From an uncultured Enterobacterales bacterium (GTDB taxonomy: Bacteria; Myxococcota_A; UBA796; JAFGLY01), in the NCBI GenBank assembly GCA_964481655.1, contig CAYZVO010000012.1, positions 4,654-68,653 of the forward strand: a stretch of DNA of 64,000 nucleotides, in the 5' to 3' direction. Positions 52,327 to 61,609 of this stretch are shown piece by piece. Position 1 is the first letter of the stretch, and the number at the start of each line of letters is the position of its first letter. Made by a program: the position numbers and the translations under genes. Below the pieces are notes generated by a model. It was not told the DNA's origin. It worked only from the letters and a program-made list of their open reading frames with translations, and searched no databases.

Positions 52327-53664
52327 ATGGCCCGGGTCCTCCTGATCCGCCCTGGGCTGGGGCGCTACTACAGCGGCGTGGGCGCTGGCGCCGCGGTGAC
52401 CACCTCGCCGCCGGTGAACCTGGCGACCCTGGCCGCGGTGCTGGAGCGCGGGGGCCACGCGGTGCGGGTCTGGGATCTCGAGGCGACCCCCCGCCCCTCC
52501 CTGCTCACCGAGCTGCGCGCCTACGCACCGGAGCTGGTGGGCTTCACCTTCCGCACCCCCCAGTGGGCCCAGATCCAGGCCCTGGCGCGCATGGTCCGCA
52601 ACCTGCTGCCCGACGCGCTGCTGGTGGCCGGAGGCCCCCACGCCTCGTCCCTGCCCGAGCAGACCCTCTCGGGCACAGCCCTGGACCTGGTGGTCCGGGG
52701 AGAGGGCGAACGACCGCTACTGGCCCTCGCCGACGGGGGCGATCCCCGCGGGATTCCGGGGGTGGTGGGCCACGGCTTCGACAACGGCGCGGCCCGCCCC
52801 GTGGACCCCCTGGACGCGCTGCCGCTGCCCGCCTGGCACCTGTTCGATGTCGGGAGCTACACCCCCCGCAGCGTGGTGTCCCGCCAGACCCCCACCGCCG
52901 ACCTCGAGAGCTCCCGCGGCTGCCTGGCCCGCTGCGTCTACTGCACCAAGGCCGTCTTCGGCCGCCGCTTCTCGCCCCTGTCGGCGCCCCGCTTCGTCGA
53001 GTCCGTGCTGCATGCCGAGGCCGCCGGCTTCCGCAGCTTCAACCTGGTGGACGACTCCTTCACCACCCACATCGACCGGGCGGTGGCCATCTGCGAGGGC
53101 CTCATCGCCCGGGGCTCTCCCCTCCCCTGGACCGCCACCAACGGGATCCGGGTCACGGGGGTCGACGAGGCATTCTTCCGCACCGCTCAGCGGGCGGGCT
53201 GCCAGCTGCTGGCCTTCGGCCTCGAGTCGGGCTCGGACGCGCGCCTGCGGGCCATCGGCAAGGGCGCCACCACCGCCCAGGCCCGGCGTGCCGTCCAGGC
53301 TGCCCACGCCGCGGGCATCACCACCGTGGGCTACTTCATGCTCGGCCTCCCGGGCGAGACCACCGAGAGCCTGCGGGAGACCATCGACTTCGCCGCCTCC
53401 CTGCCCCTGGACTGGGCCAAGTTCGCCCTGACCCTGCCCCTGCCGGGGACCCCGCTGTGGGAGACCTGGCGGGACCGGCTCGCCCGAGACTTCGACCCCA
53501 CCCTCAGCGGCCACCGACCTCCCCGGGAGTGGTTCGATCACCCCGATCTGGACTGGGACACCCTCGAAGGCGCCCGCCGCCGGGCCTACCTGCGCTTCTT
53601 CGGTCGCCCCGCCTGGGTGCGACGGCGCGTGCTGCGCACCCTGCAGGGCCGCGCCTACCTCTGA
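52327..53664 (+). CDS. B12-binding domain-containing radical SAM protein (class B)
   Basis: 445-aa ORF. It has an N-terminal cobalamin-binding-like Rossmann region (VGFTF...LLVAGGPHAS) and the radical SAM cluster motif SSRGCLARCVYC. It starts 1 nt after the SDR gene stop. Confidence 0.8.
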   Translation: MARVLLIRPGLGRYYSGVGAGAAVTTSPPVNLATLAAVLERGGHAVRVWDLEATPRPSLLTELRAYAPELVGFTFRTPQWAQIQALARMVRNLLPDALLVAGGPHASSLPEQTLSGTALDLVVRGEGERPLLALADGGDPRGIPGVVGHGFDNGAARPVDPLDALPLPAWHLFDVGSYTPRSVVSRQTPTADLESSRGCLARCVYCTKAVFGRRFSPLSAPRFVESVLHAEAAGFRSFNLVDDSFTTHIDRAVAICEGLIARGSPLPWTATNGIRVTGVDEAFFRTAQRAGCQLLAFGLESGSDARLRAIGKGATTAQARRAVQAAHAAGITTVGYFMLGLPGETTESLRETIDFAASLPLDWAKFALTLPLPGTPLWETWRDRLARDFDPTLSGHRPPREWFDHPDLDWDTLEGARRRAYLRFFGRPAWVRRRVLRTLQGRAYL

Positions 53665-54233
53665 GGCACCGCCTTGATGCGGGCCACGCCGTCTTCCACC
53701 TGGACCTTGAACTTCACCGAGCTGCACTTGTAGCGGCTCTGGATGACCTTCACCTGGCGCTTGATGGCGGTTCGGACCCGATCGAACTCCACCTCGGTGT
53801 GCTGGCCGGCGATGCGCCGGGCCTCGAGGTAGCGGTCGTAGACGTCCTTGTAGGTGCGCTCTTCGGCGATGCGCCGCTTCTCGAAGTCGGAGACCTGGGG
53901 CGGTCCACCGCGGCGGGCGGCGAGCTGGGCCCGGAACTTGAAGCGCGGGTGGGTGCCCCGCTCGATCATGAACAGGTTGCGCTGGATGTAGGTGTCGAGG
54001 CTGATGAAGCGCGCGCGCAGGGTCTGGTAGCGGTGCCGCTGGACCAGGGCGATGAAGCGATGGCGGTCCAGCTCGCGCACCTTGCGGCGCATGTCCTCGC
54101 GCTCCTGGGCGGGCTCGATCTTGTCCACGCCCGAGAAGTACTTCTCGTAGCAGATCTTGAGCAGCTGAATCTGACGTTCCAAGCCGTCGAGATCCGCTCC
54201 GAGCTTTCGATCTTTTTTCTGGCGCTTCGCCAT
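53655..54233 (-). CDS. Conserved myxobacterial-type coiled-coil protein (resembles the MXAN_5187 family as I recall it)
   Basis: The track ORF is trimmed to ATG 54233 (MAKRQKKDRKLGADLDGLERQIQLLKICYEKYFSGVDKIEP...), with a GAGGGAG RBS. It is Lys/Arg-rich and noticeably lower in GC than its neighbours. Confidence 0.55.
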   Translation of the reverse strand: MAKRQKKDRKLGADLDGLERQIQLLKICYEKYFSGVDKIEPAQEREDMRRKVRELDRHRFIALVQRHRYQTLRARFISLDTYIQRNLFMIERGTHPRFKFRAQLAARRGGPPQVSDFEKRRIAEERTYKDVYDRYLEARRIAGQHTEVEFDRVRTAIKRQVKVIQSRYKCSSVKFKVQVEDGVARIKAVPQR

Positions 54234-54357
54234 GGGCTCCCTCGGCGCACCAGTGTACACCCTCGCCGGTCGAGGCGCTCACGCGCGGGCCTGTCCACGC
54301 TCCCCACCGTCCGTTATCCTGCCAGGGCTGCCGCACCCGACCGCAGGAGGCCGCCGC

Positions 54358-55278
54358 GTGTCCAGACCCCACCTGCCCACCCACCTGTTGGTGATCGACG
54401 ACGACGTCGCGATCCGGGAACTGCTGGTGGAGTACCTGGCCACCCGCGGGTACCGGGTGGACGGCACCTCCGACGGGCGCATCGCCCTCGAGCTGATGCG
54501 CGCCGGCAGCTACGACCTGGTGCTCACCGACTTCCAGGTCCCCCACCGCGATGGCCTGGACATCCTCCGCGTCGCACGCCAGATGTCACCGCCCCTGCCC
54601 ACCATCCTCATGACCGGCTACGGCACCGTCGACACCGCCGTGGCGGCCCTCAAGGAAGGCGCGGCGGACTTCCTGCTCAAGCCCTTCAAGCTCAAGCGGG
54701 TCCACGACGCCATCCAGCAGGCCCTCGAGCGCGCGCGCCAGCACGAAGCCGACGGCCGCCTGATGTCCACCGTGGCCCTGTTCGACTTCGCCGGCTCGGT
54801 GCGGGACCGCTGGCAGCTCCGGCTGCTCTATGAGCAGATCGCCTCCCGCCTGGCCACCGACCTGGATCTCACCGAAGCCGGGGTCGCGGTCCGCGACGCG
54901 GCGGGGCGCTGGGAGATCATCAGCCCGATGCTGCCCGGTGGGGCCTCGTCGATGCTGGCGCACCTCGACCTGGCCGCGCTGGCCGCCGCCGCCGGCCACG
55001 CCGCCACCCTGGTCGACGCCGAACCCGCCGGGCCCTACCCGGCGCTGCCGCCCAACGCCCGTTCCGCCGCCTGGCTGGCCGCGCGCTGCTTCCACATCGA
55101 TCGCGCCCCCGGGGACACCGAGCTGGCCGGGATGCTGATCCTGGCGGCGGACCAGACCCACGGCTGGGGCGCCCACGTGGACCTGCAGCCCCTCACCCGC
55201 TTCGCGACCCTGGCCGGCAACGTCACCAGCCGCGTGCACCTGCTCGATCCATCTGGCGCCCCCGCGCACGGCTCCTAG
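54358..55278 (+). CDS. Response regulator (REC) with a C-terminal GAF-like/uncharacterised domain
   Basis: GTG 54358 is preceded by AGGAGG. It reads LLVIDDDVAIRELL...DLVLTDFQVPHRDGL...ILMTGYG...KPF (the phospho-acceptor Asp is in LTDFQVP). The C-terminal 170 aa have no DNA-binding motif. Confidence 0.8.
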   Translation: MSRPHLPTHLLVIDDDVAIRELLVEYLATRGYRVDGTSDGRIALELMRAGSYDLVLTDFQVPHRDGLDILRVARQMSPPLPTILMTGYGTVDTAVAALKEGAADFLLKPFKLKRVHDAIQQALERARQHEADGRLMSTVALFDFAGSVRDRWQLRLLYEQIASRLATDLDLTEAGVAVRDAAGRWEIISPMLPGGASSMLAHLDLAALAAAAGHAATLVDAEPAGPYPALPPNARSAAWLAARCFHIDRAPGDTELAGMLILAADQTHGWGAHVDLQPLTRFATLAGNVTSRVHLLDPSGAPAHGS

Positions 55279-55281
55279 GCC

Positions 55282-56073
55282 ATGCTCCAGCTGGCGCTGG
55301 CCCTCGCGCTGCTGCCTCAGGCCCCGGCTGTCGAGCTCGAGGCCCTGCCTGGCGAGCGCCTCACCCCCCTGGCGCCCGCCGACCCCTTCGAGACCGCCAA
55401 CGCGCTCACCTTCCGCAGCGGCGAGCCGCCCCTCGAGGGCGTGGTGGGCGACACCGCCGGCCTGGTGCGGGTGGATCTGGGCGAGGTGGCGCTGCAGCTC
55501 GAGCTGGGCGCCGCGATCTTCCTGGGCTTCCTGCCAGGGGAGTCCTTCACCTTCGGCATCGCCACCGTCGACGGCCTGATCCGGGTCCCGGTGAGCATGC
55601 GCTGGCGCAACCTGCGGGCGAGCCTCGAGTGGGCTCACATCAGCGCCCATCACGCCGACGGCGTGCGCTACGGCGAGCTCCCCGAGAACACCGAGGCCTA
55701 CTCGCGGGAGCACCTGCGCCTGCTGGCGGCCTGGGACCTGCCCTGGGTGCAGCCCTACCTCGGGCTGCGGCAGCTGATCCACAGCATCCCCAAGGAGCCC
55801 GGGTTCGCGGTGCAGACCGGCCTCGCTGCCCGCGGCGAGCGAGCCGTGACCTGGTACGCGGCGGCGGATCTGGCCTGGGCCGCGGACACCGACTGGGTCA
55901 CCCGGGCCAGCGCCCAGGCCGGGCTGCTGGTGACGCGCCCCGGGGCTCAGGCCTTCCGCACCGGCGTGGCGGCCTACCGGGGCCCCGCGCTGGCGGGCAA
56001 GCGCTGGGAGGAGCCCGACGCCTGGATCGGCGGCGTGTTGGCCTTCGACTGGCACGGAGGATGGAGCGAATGA
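55282..56073 (+). CDS. Putative outer-membrane protein (DUF1207-like)
   Basis: 263-aa ORF with a signal-like N-terminus. The EWAHISAHHADG block resembles the H.S.H..D motif of DUF1207. It has alternating beta-strand character. Confidence 0.4.
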   Translation: MLQLALALALLPQAPAVELEALPGERLTPLAPADPFETANALTFRSGEPPLEGVVGDTAGLVRVDLGEVALQLELGAAIFLGFLPGESFTFGIATVDGLIRVPVSMRWRNLRASLEWAHISAHHADGVRYGELPENTEAYSREHLRLLAAWDLPWVQPYLGLRQLIHSIPKEPGFAVQTGLAARGERAVTWYAAADLAWAADTDWVTRASAQAGLLVTRPGAQAFRTGVAAYRGPALAGKRWEEPDAWIGGVLAFDWHGGWSE

Positions 56074-56897
56074 GCGAACCCGAACACCTCCACCTGAGCA
56101 CCGAGGCCGACGGCCACCTGGTGATCCTGCGCTTCGACCACGGCAAGGCCAACGAGATGGGCCGAGCCCAGGTGGCCGAGCTCGCCCGGCTGGTGGACCA
56201 GCTCGAGCACAGCGACGCCCGGGCACTCATCACCTGGTCCGAGCGGCGCACCCGCGCGGGCACCCCCGTGTTCTGCGCTGGGGCCGACGTGCGCGAGCGG
56301 CGGGCGTGGGACGAAGGCTCGGTCCTGCTGCACGTGCGCGGTCAGCGGCGCACCCTGCAGCGCCTGGCCCAACTGCCGCTGCTACACATCTGCGTCGTGG
56401 ACGGCCTCGCCCTGGGCTGGGGCACCGAGTACGGGCTCACCGCCGACTACGTCATCGCCAGCCCCCAGGCCCGCTTCGGGCTGCCCGAGACCGGGCTGGG
56501 CATCGTGCCCGGCGCCGGGGGTACCGCCGATCTGGCCAGCCGGATCGGCATCGGCCACGCCCTGCGCATGGGCATGACCGGCGAGCTGACCGACGCCGAT
56601 GAGGCCCTGCGCATCGGCCTGGTGCACGAGCTCTGCGCCAGCGCCGAGGACGCCCTGGCCCGGGCCCGCGCCCTCGCGGAGCGCTGCATCGGCCGCTCCC
56701 CCACCGCGGTGGCGGCCTTCAAGCAGGCCGTGCGGGCCGGCGCCGGCCACCCCGCCGACGTCCGGGGTGCCCTCGAGAGCCGCGCCTACGAACACTGCGT
56801 CGCCTGCGGCGAGGCCGCCAGAGGCCGCGAGGCGTTCGAGGCCCTGGCCAAGGGTGAGCTGGTGGACTGGGGGCCGCGGAGGCCGATGGAGGGCTAG
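56070..56897 (+). CDS. Enoyl-CoA hydratase/isomerase (crotonase) family protein
   Basis: The ATG overlaps the upstream TGA (ATGA). Motifs are FCAGADV, GWGTEYGLTADY and FGLPETGLGIVPGAGGT (oxyanion-hole motifs). Confidence 0.8.
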   Translation: MSEPEHLHLSTEADGHLVILRFDHGKANEMGRAQVAELARLVDQLEHSDARALITWSERRTRAGTPVFCAGADVRERRAWDEGSVLLHVRGQRRTLQRLAQLPLLHICVVDGLALGWGTEYGLTADYVIASPQARFGLPETGLGIVPGAGGTADLASRIGIGHALRMGMTGELTDADEALRIGLVHELCASAEDALARARALAERCIGRSPTAVAAFKQAVRAGAGHPADVRGALESRAYEHCVACGEAARGREAFEALAKGELVDWGPRRPMEG

Positions 56898-56962
56898 CGA
56901 TCCCCAGGGACGCTGGGGGAGGCTCACCATGCTATGTGGGCGGCCACGCTCGGGAGCGCTCG

Positions 56963-57328
56963 ATGGGTCCTCGCCTCACCTCGTTGCTGCTGCTGATCGC
57001 CACGACGGCGCTCGGTCCCGGCTGCCCGGCGGCCGGGGACGACTGCGCCGGGATGAAGGACGAGGTCGCGCGGGAGAACTGCCAGTTCGAGCGGGTCTCC
57101 GCGCTGTTCGACGCGGGCGATGCAGGGTGGAAGGAGCAGCTGGCGGCCATCCCCAGCGCCGCGAGCAGGGATCTGGTGCGGCTGCGCCTGGCCGTGGTCC
57201 AGCCCCAGCAGGGACCGGCCATCTGTGCCGAGGTCGAGACCGAGTCCGCCAAGGAGCGCTGCCGCCAGGTCGTGGGCCGCCCCCACCTGGCCTCGCCACC
57301 GACGCTCCCACCCCAGCGTGCGCCGTGA
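56963..57328 (+). CDS. Small Cys-containing lipoprotein, function unknown
   Basis: The track ORF is trimmed to ATG 56963 (MGPRLTSLLLLIATTALGPGC, lipobox). Confidence 0.5.
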   Translation: MGPRLTSLLLLIATTALGPGCPAAGDDCAGMKDEVARENCQFERVSALFDAGDAGWKEQLAAIPSAASRDLVRLRLAVVQPQQGPAICAEVETESAKERCRQVVGRPHLASPPTLPPQRAP

Positions 57329-58419
57329 TCCCCCTGCTCGCCGTCCTCGCGCTCGGGTGTGGCGGCGACGCCGCCGATCGCGCCATGGGCACGGTCCCCA
57401 CCGACGAGAGCGACCCCCTCGCCGCGTGCGCCGCGCAGCAGTTCGAGGAGATGCGGGTGCTCTGCCACATCCAGGTGGCCGCCGAGGCCGGCGCCGAAGG
57501 TGATCTCGCCCTGGCCGAGCGGGCCTGCGCCGAGGTCCCCGAGGGCACCTGGACCCACGAGTGCCACTTCCGCACCGGCGAGGAGCTGGGGCGCGCCGGC
57601 CTGCCCGCCGACGCCGTGTCCCACTGTGCCCGGGCCGGGCGATTCGCCCGCTTCTGCATCACCCACGCCGCCTGGGCCATGCCCGCGAAGGACGCCCTCA
57701 GCGCCCTGCGCCCGGCAGCCGAGCTCATCCCGGCCATGGACGCCGAGCTCGGCGCCGTCGAGGACGCCCTGCCCGCCCTCGAGACCACGCTCCAGCCCGA
57801 AGCCATGGACAGCTTCCGCATCGCCCTGTGGAGCGGCGCCTACCTGGGCACCGGCCGCGCCGACCCGGCCGCCGCGCTGGGGGCCAGCCCCGGGCAGGAG
57901 CCCCAGGCACGATCCGCCTTCATGATGGAGGCCGCCCGCCTGGCCTGGCCCCGGGGCGAGGTCCCCGCCGACGCTGTGGGTCAGCTCCTGGCCCTGTGGA
58001 GCGCCGACGCCGAGGCCCTCGTGGGCGAGCCCCTGCCCCCGGACCAGCGCCACGGGCGCTACACCGTGCCCCTGCCCGTGCCCTGCGAGCGCGAGCTGCA
58101 GCCGGTCCCCCTGTACGGCGGCGGTCGGCGCATCATGGGAGCGACCCCCGAGGACGACCTGCTGATCGCGGCGCTCGAGGCGCTCTTCTTCCGCGACGAC
58201 ACCACCGCAGAGCTCTTCCAGCCCTGGATCGAGGATCCCCGCGACCACGTGCGCTGGACCGCGGCGCGCCTGATGCGCATGGCCGAGCCCGGCCCCATCG
58301 ACATGGAATCCACCCTGAAGGGCCTGCTGGACCACCCCGACGAGTGCGTGGCCTGGCACGCCCGCGATGGCCTCTCGAAGCGAGCCTGGGCCCGCAAGCC
58401 CGGAGGACCACCCCGATGA
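57325..58419 (+). CDS. Lipoprotein with C-terminal HEAT-like repeats, function unknown
   Basis: GTG 57325 overlaps the upstream TGA (GTGA). It reads VIPLLAVLALGC (lipobox). The C-terminus DHVRWTAARLM...LLDHPDECVAWHARDGL resembles PBS-lyase HEAT repeats. Confidence 0.5.
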   Translation: MIPLLAVLALGCGGDAADRAMGTVPTDESDPLAACAAQQFEEMRVLCHIQVAAEAGAEGDLALAERACAEVPEGTWTHECHFRTGEELGRAGLPADAVSHCARAGRFARFCITHAAWAMPAKDALSALRPAAELIPAMDAELGAVEDALPALETTLQPEAMDSFRIALWSGAYLGTGRADPAAALGASPGQEPQARSAFMMEAARLAWPRGEVPADAVGQLLALWSADAEALVGEPLPPDQRHGRYTVPLPVPCERELQPVPLYGGGRRIMGATPEDDLLIAALEALFFRDDTTAELFQPWIEDPRDHVRWTAARLMRMAEPGPIDMESTLKGLLDHPDECVAWHARDGLSKRAWARKPGGPPR

Positions 58420-59351
58420 TCGTCTTCGTCACCCGCCCCGTGCCCGATGAAGCCCTCGCCCTGCTGTACGACGCCGGCCTCGAGGTCGAGCTCCGCGCGG
58501 TCGAGAGCCCGATCCCCCGGGATTCCCTGCTCGCGGGCGTGGCCCGGGCCGACGCGTTGCTGTGCATGCTCACCGACCGCGTGGACGCCGAGGTCCTGGA
58601 CGCCGGCGCGCTGAAGGTCGTGAGCAACGTGGCCGTGGGCGTGGACAACATCGACCTGGACGCCGCCAGGGCTCGAGGCATCCCCGTGACCAACACCCCG
58701 GGGGCCCTGACCGACGCCACCGCGGACATGACCATGGCCCTGCTGCTGGCCGTGGCCCGCCGGGTCCCCGAGGGGGATCGCTTCGTGCGCGAGGGCCGGT
58801 TCAACGGCTGGGGTCCGATGATGTTGCTGGGCGCCGATCTGCGGGGCGCCACCTTGGGCATCGTGGGGCCGGGGCGCATCGGCGCCGCCGTGGCCGAGCG
58901 GGCCCGGGCCTTCGGGATGCAGATCGTGGTCGCGGCGCGCAGCGAGCACCCCGACGTGGGGCCGCGGCTGCCCATCGACGAGCTGCTCGCCTGCTCGGAC
59001 GTCGTCTCGCTGCACTGCCCGCTGACCGCCGAGACCCGTCACCTGCTCGACGCCCGCCGCCTGGGCCTGATGAAGCCCAGCGCCTACCTGGTGAACACCG
59101 CCCGCGGCCCCGTGGTCGACGAAGCGGCCCTGGTCGAGGTCCTGAAGGGTGGCGGCATCGCCGGCGCGGCGCTGGACGTCTACGAGCAGGAGCCCAAGGT
59201 CCACCCGGGCCTGCTGGAGCTCGACAACGTGGTGCTGGCCCCCCACACGGGCAGCGCCACCATCCGCACCCGCACCGCTATGGCGACCATGGCCGCGCGG
59301 GACATCGTCGCCGTCTCCCAGGGCCGTGAGCCCCAGCACAGGGTGGTGTGA
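58416..59351 (+). CDS. D-isomer-specific 2-hydroxyacid dehydrogenase (glyoxylate/hydroxypyruvate reductase-like)
   Basis: The ATG overlaps the upstream TGA. It has the NAD motif GIVGPGRIGAAVA, the catalytic blocks LVNTARG and DVYEQEP, and HTGSAT. Confidence 0.85.
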   Translation: MIVFVTRPVPDEALALLYDAGLEVELRAVESPIPRDSLLAGVARADALLCMLTDRVDAEVLDAGALKVVSNVAVGVDNIDLDAARARGIPVTNTPGALTDATADMTMALLLAVARRVPEGDRFVREGRFNGWGPMMLLGADLRGATLGIVGPGRIGAAVAERARAFGMQIVVAARSEHPDVGPRLPIDELLACSDVVSLHCPLTAETRHLLDARRLGLMKPSAYLVNTARGPVVDEAALVEVLKGGGIAGAALDVYEQEPKVHPGLLELDNVVLAPHTGSATIRTRTAMATMAARDIVAVSQGREPQHRVV

Positions 59352-59352
59352 C

Positions 59353-60363
59353 ATGGCCCCGACCCAGCGTGACGTCCTCGGCATCGGCATGGCCGTGGTG
59401 GACAGCTTCGTCCGCGCGGACGACGCCTTCCTCGAGCGCAACGGGCTGGCCCGCGGCGGGACCACCTTCCTGGACAGAGCCGCCCTCGTGGCCCTGATGG
59501 AGCAGGCCCAGGAGCTGGGCCTGCTGGCCCACTGCCCCGGCGACAACGCCCGCAACATGTGCACCGCCGCCACCGCGCTGGGGGCCCGCGCCACCTTCCT
59601 GGGCGCCACCGGCAACGACCAGCTCGGCGGCCTGTTCGAGGGCGAGCTGCGGGCGGCGGGCGTGGAGACCCGGCTCGAGCGGCTCCAGGGTCCCTCGGGC
59701 TCCATCCTGGCCGTGATCACCCCCGACGGCGAGCGCAGCTTCGCCCTGCACATGGGCGTCGCCGACCAGCTCCAGAAGCTGCCGGACGACTACCCCGGGG
59801 GGTTCCGCTACCTCTACGCCACCTCCACCACCCTGCTCGAGCCCAGCGACACCCGCGAGGTCGTGCGCGAGGCCATCGCCCGCACCGCCGAGGCGCCCAC
59901 CGGCGTGGCCCTGTCCCTCGAGAACGCCCCCTTCCTGCGCATGAAGCGCTCCGAGCTCGATGCGCTGCTGGGTGGCGATTACGCCCTGATCATGGGCAAC
60001 GAGGAAGAGATGGAGGTCGCCTTCGGCGCCGGGCCCTTCATGCTCGGACGCGCGCTGCAGGTCGCCCAGGTCGCGATCCTCAAGCGCGGCGGCCAGGGCT
60101 CCACCGTGGTCACCCGTGGTGGCGACCAGTGGGACGTGCCCGCCTGCCCCGCCAAGCTGGTGGACACCACCGGCGCCGGGGACTTCTTCGCCGGGGCCGT
60201 GCTCGCGCGGCTCTGCCAGGGCGCCGATCCTGCCAGCGCAGCCCTCGCCGGCTCCTGGGTCGCCGCCCGCGTGGTGGAGCTCATCGGCGCCCGCTTGCCC
60301 GACGACTTCGACCCCAAGCTGGTTCCCGTAAGCTGGACACCTCCCGCCACCAGCGCTCGGTGA
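59353..60363 (+). CDS. PfkB-family carbohydrate/nucleoside kinase
   Basis: ATG lies 1 nt after the upstream stop. It has an N-terminal GIGMAVVD and the C-terminal signature DTTGAGDFFAG. Confidence 0.8.
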   Translation: MAPTQRDVLGIGMAVVDSFVRADDAFLERNGLARGGTTFLDRAALVALMEQAQELGLLAHCPGDNARNMCTAATALGARATFLGATGNDQLGGLFEGELRAAGVETRLERLQGPSGSILAVITPDGERSFALHMGVADQLQKLPDDYPGGFRYLYATSTTLLEPSDTREVVREAIARTAEAPTGVALSLENAPFLRMKRSELDALLGGDYALIMGNEEEMEVAFGAGPFMLGRALQVAQVAILKRGGQGSTVVTRGGDQWDVPACPAKLVDTTGAGDFFAGAVLARLCQGADPASAALAGSWVAARVVELIGARLPDDFDPKLVPVSWTPPATSAR

Positions 60364-60397
60364 GCATGTTCGCGGGTGAATACACCCCAGTGCCGCC

Positions 60398-61195
60398 ATG
60401 AACGAAAACCTGCTGCTCGCCTTCGGCCTGACCCTGATCGCCGGCTTGTCCACCGGCATCGGCAGCGTGGTGGCGCTGCTGGTCAAGCGCACGAACACCC
60501 GCTTCCTGGCCTTCTCCATGGGCCTGAGCGGTGGCGTGATGATCTACGTCTCCTTCACCGAGATCCTCGGCAAGGCCCACGAGGCCCTGGGGGAGCGCTT
60601 CGGTGACAACGGGCCGCTGCTCACCGTGGTCGCCTTCTTCGCCGGCATCGCGATCATCGGGCTCATCGATCACTTCGTGCCCGCCCCCAGCAACCCCCAC
60701 CACGCCGGCCGCGTCGAGGACCTCGAGCCCGCCAAGCGACCGGACAAGCTGCTGCGCATGGGGGTGTTCACCGCCCTGGCCATCGCCATCCACAACTTCC
60801 CCGAGGGCATGGCCACCTTCGCCTCCGCCCTGGCGGACCCGGCGCTGGGCATCTCCATCGCCGTGGCCATCGCCATCCACAACATCCCCGAAGGCATCGC
60901 GGTGTCGGTGCCCGTCTACTACGCCACCGGCAGCCGCAAGAAGGCCTTCTGGCTCTCCTTCGCCTCGGGCCTGTCAGAGCCCCTCGGCGCCGTGGTCGGC
61001 TATCTGCTGCTGCGGTCGTTCATGGGCCCCGGGGTCATGGGCATCCTGCTCGCGGGGGTCGCGGGGGTGATGGTCTTCATCTCCCTGGACGAGCTGCTCC
61101 CCACCGCGCGGGAGTACGACGAGGGCCACCTGGCCATCTACGGTGTGGTCTCGGGCATGGCGGTGATGGCCGCCAGTCTGCTGTTGCTGGGGTGA
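60398..61195 (+). CDS. zupT: ZIP-family zinc transporter ZupT
   Basis: 265-aa ORF with 8 TM segments. Paired HNFPEGMA and HNIPEGIAV motifs are present. Confidence 0.9.
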   Translation: MNENLLLAFGLTLIAGLSTGIGSVVALLVKRTNTRFLAFSMGLSGGVMIYVSFTEILGKAHEALGERFGDNGPLLTVVAFFAGIAIIGLIDHFVPAPSNPHHAGRVEDLEPAKRPDKLLRMGVFTALAIAIHNFPEGMATFASALADPALGISIAVAIAIHNIPEGIAVSVPVYYATGSRKKAFWLSFASGLSEPLGAVVGYLLLRSFMGPGVMGILLAGVAGVMVFISLDELLPTAREYDEGHLAIYGVVSGMAVMAASLLLLG

Positions 61196-61255
61196 GCCAG
61201 CCCCCTCGATCCCCGGGTGGTGCCTCGCTATGAGGGGCCTCCACCCGAGGACCCC

Positions 61256-61609
61256 ATGCGCGAGCGCGAACCCCAGCCAAACCCCGACGCCGCCCGGCTG
61301 ATCGCCAGGCTGCTGGGCCCTGTGCTGCTGCTCGCGCTGCTCGGCGCCCTGACCGCCGCCTGGCTCGGACCCGAGCGCGACGCCGCCCGCTTCGTGGCCC
61401 AGCAGGAAGCGGGCCTCGAGGAGCTTCCCCCGCCGCCGCCGCCGGACAACAAGCCCGGCATCGACAACCGCCAGCTCGACCCCCGCGTGGAGCCCCATGA
61501 GCCCCCACCGCCCGCCTTCCAGCCGCCGCCCGGCCACCGGCCCGGTGAAGGCCCGGGCAAGGGCAAGGGCAAGGGCACGCCACCCCGGCACCCGCCGAGG
61601 TCCCTGTGA
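61256..61609 (+). CDS. Small single-TM proline-rich protein, function unknown
   Basis: The start is chosen at ATG 61256 (GAGGA upstream). The track ORF starts at GTG 61217. It has the TM segment LLGPVLLLALLGALTAAWL, then PPPPPP and PPPPAFQPPPG, then GKGKGKG encoded by (GGCAAG)3 at 61556..61573. Its stop overlaps the next gene's GTG. Confidence 0.45.
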   Translation: MREREPQPNPDAARLIARLLGPVLLLALLGALTAAWLGPERDAARFVAQQEAGLEELPPPPPPDNKPGIDNRQLDPRVEPHEPPPPAFQPPPGHRPGEGPGKGKGKGTPPRHPPRSL

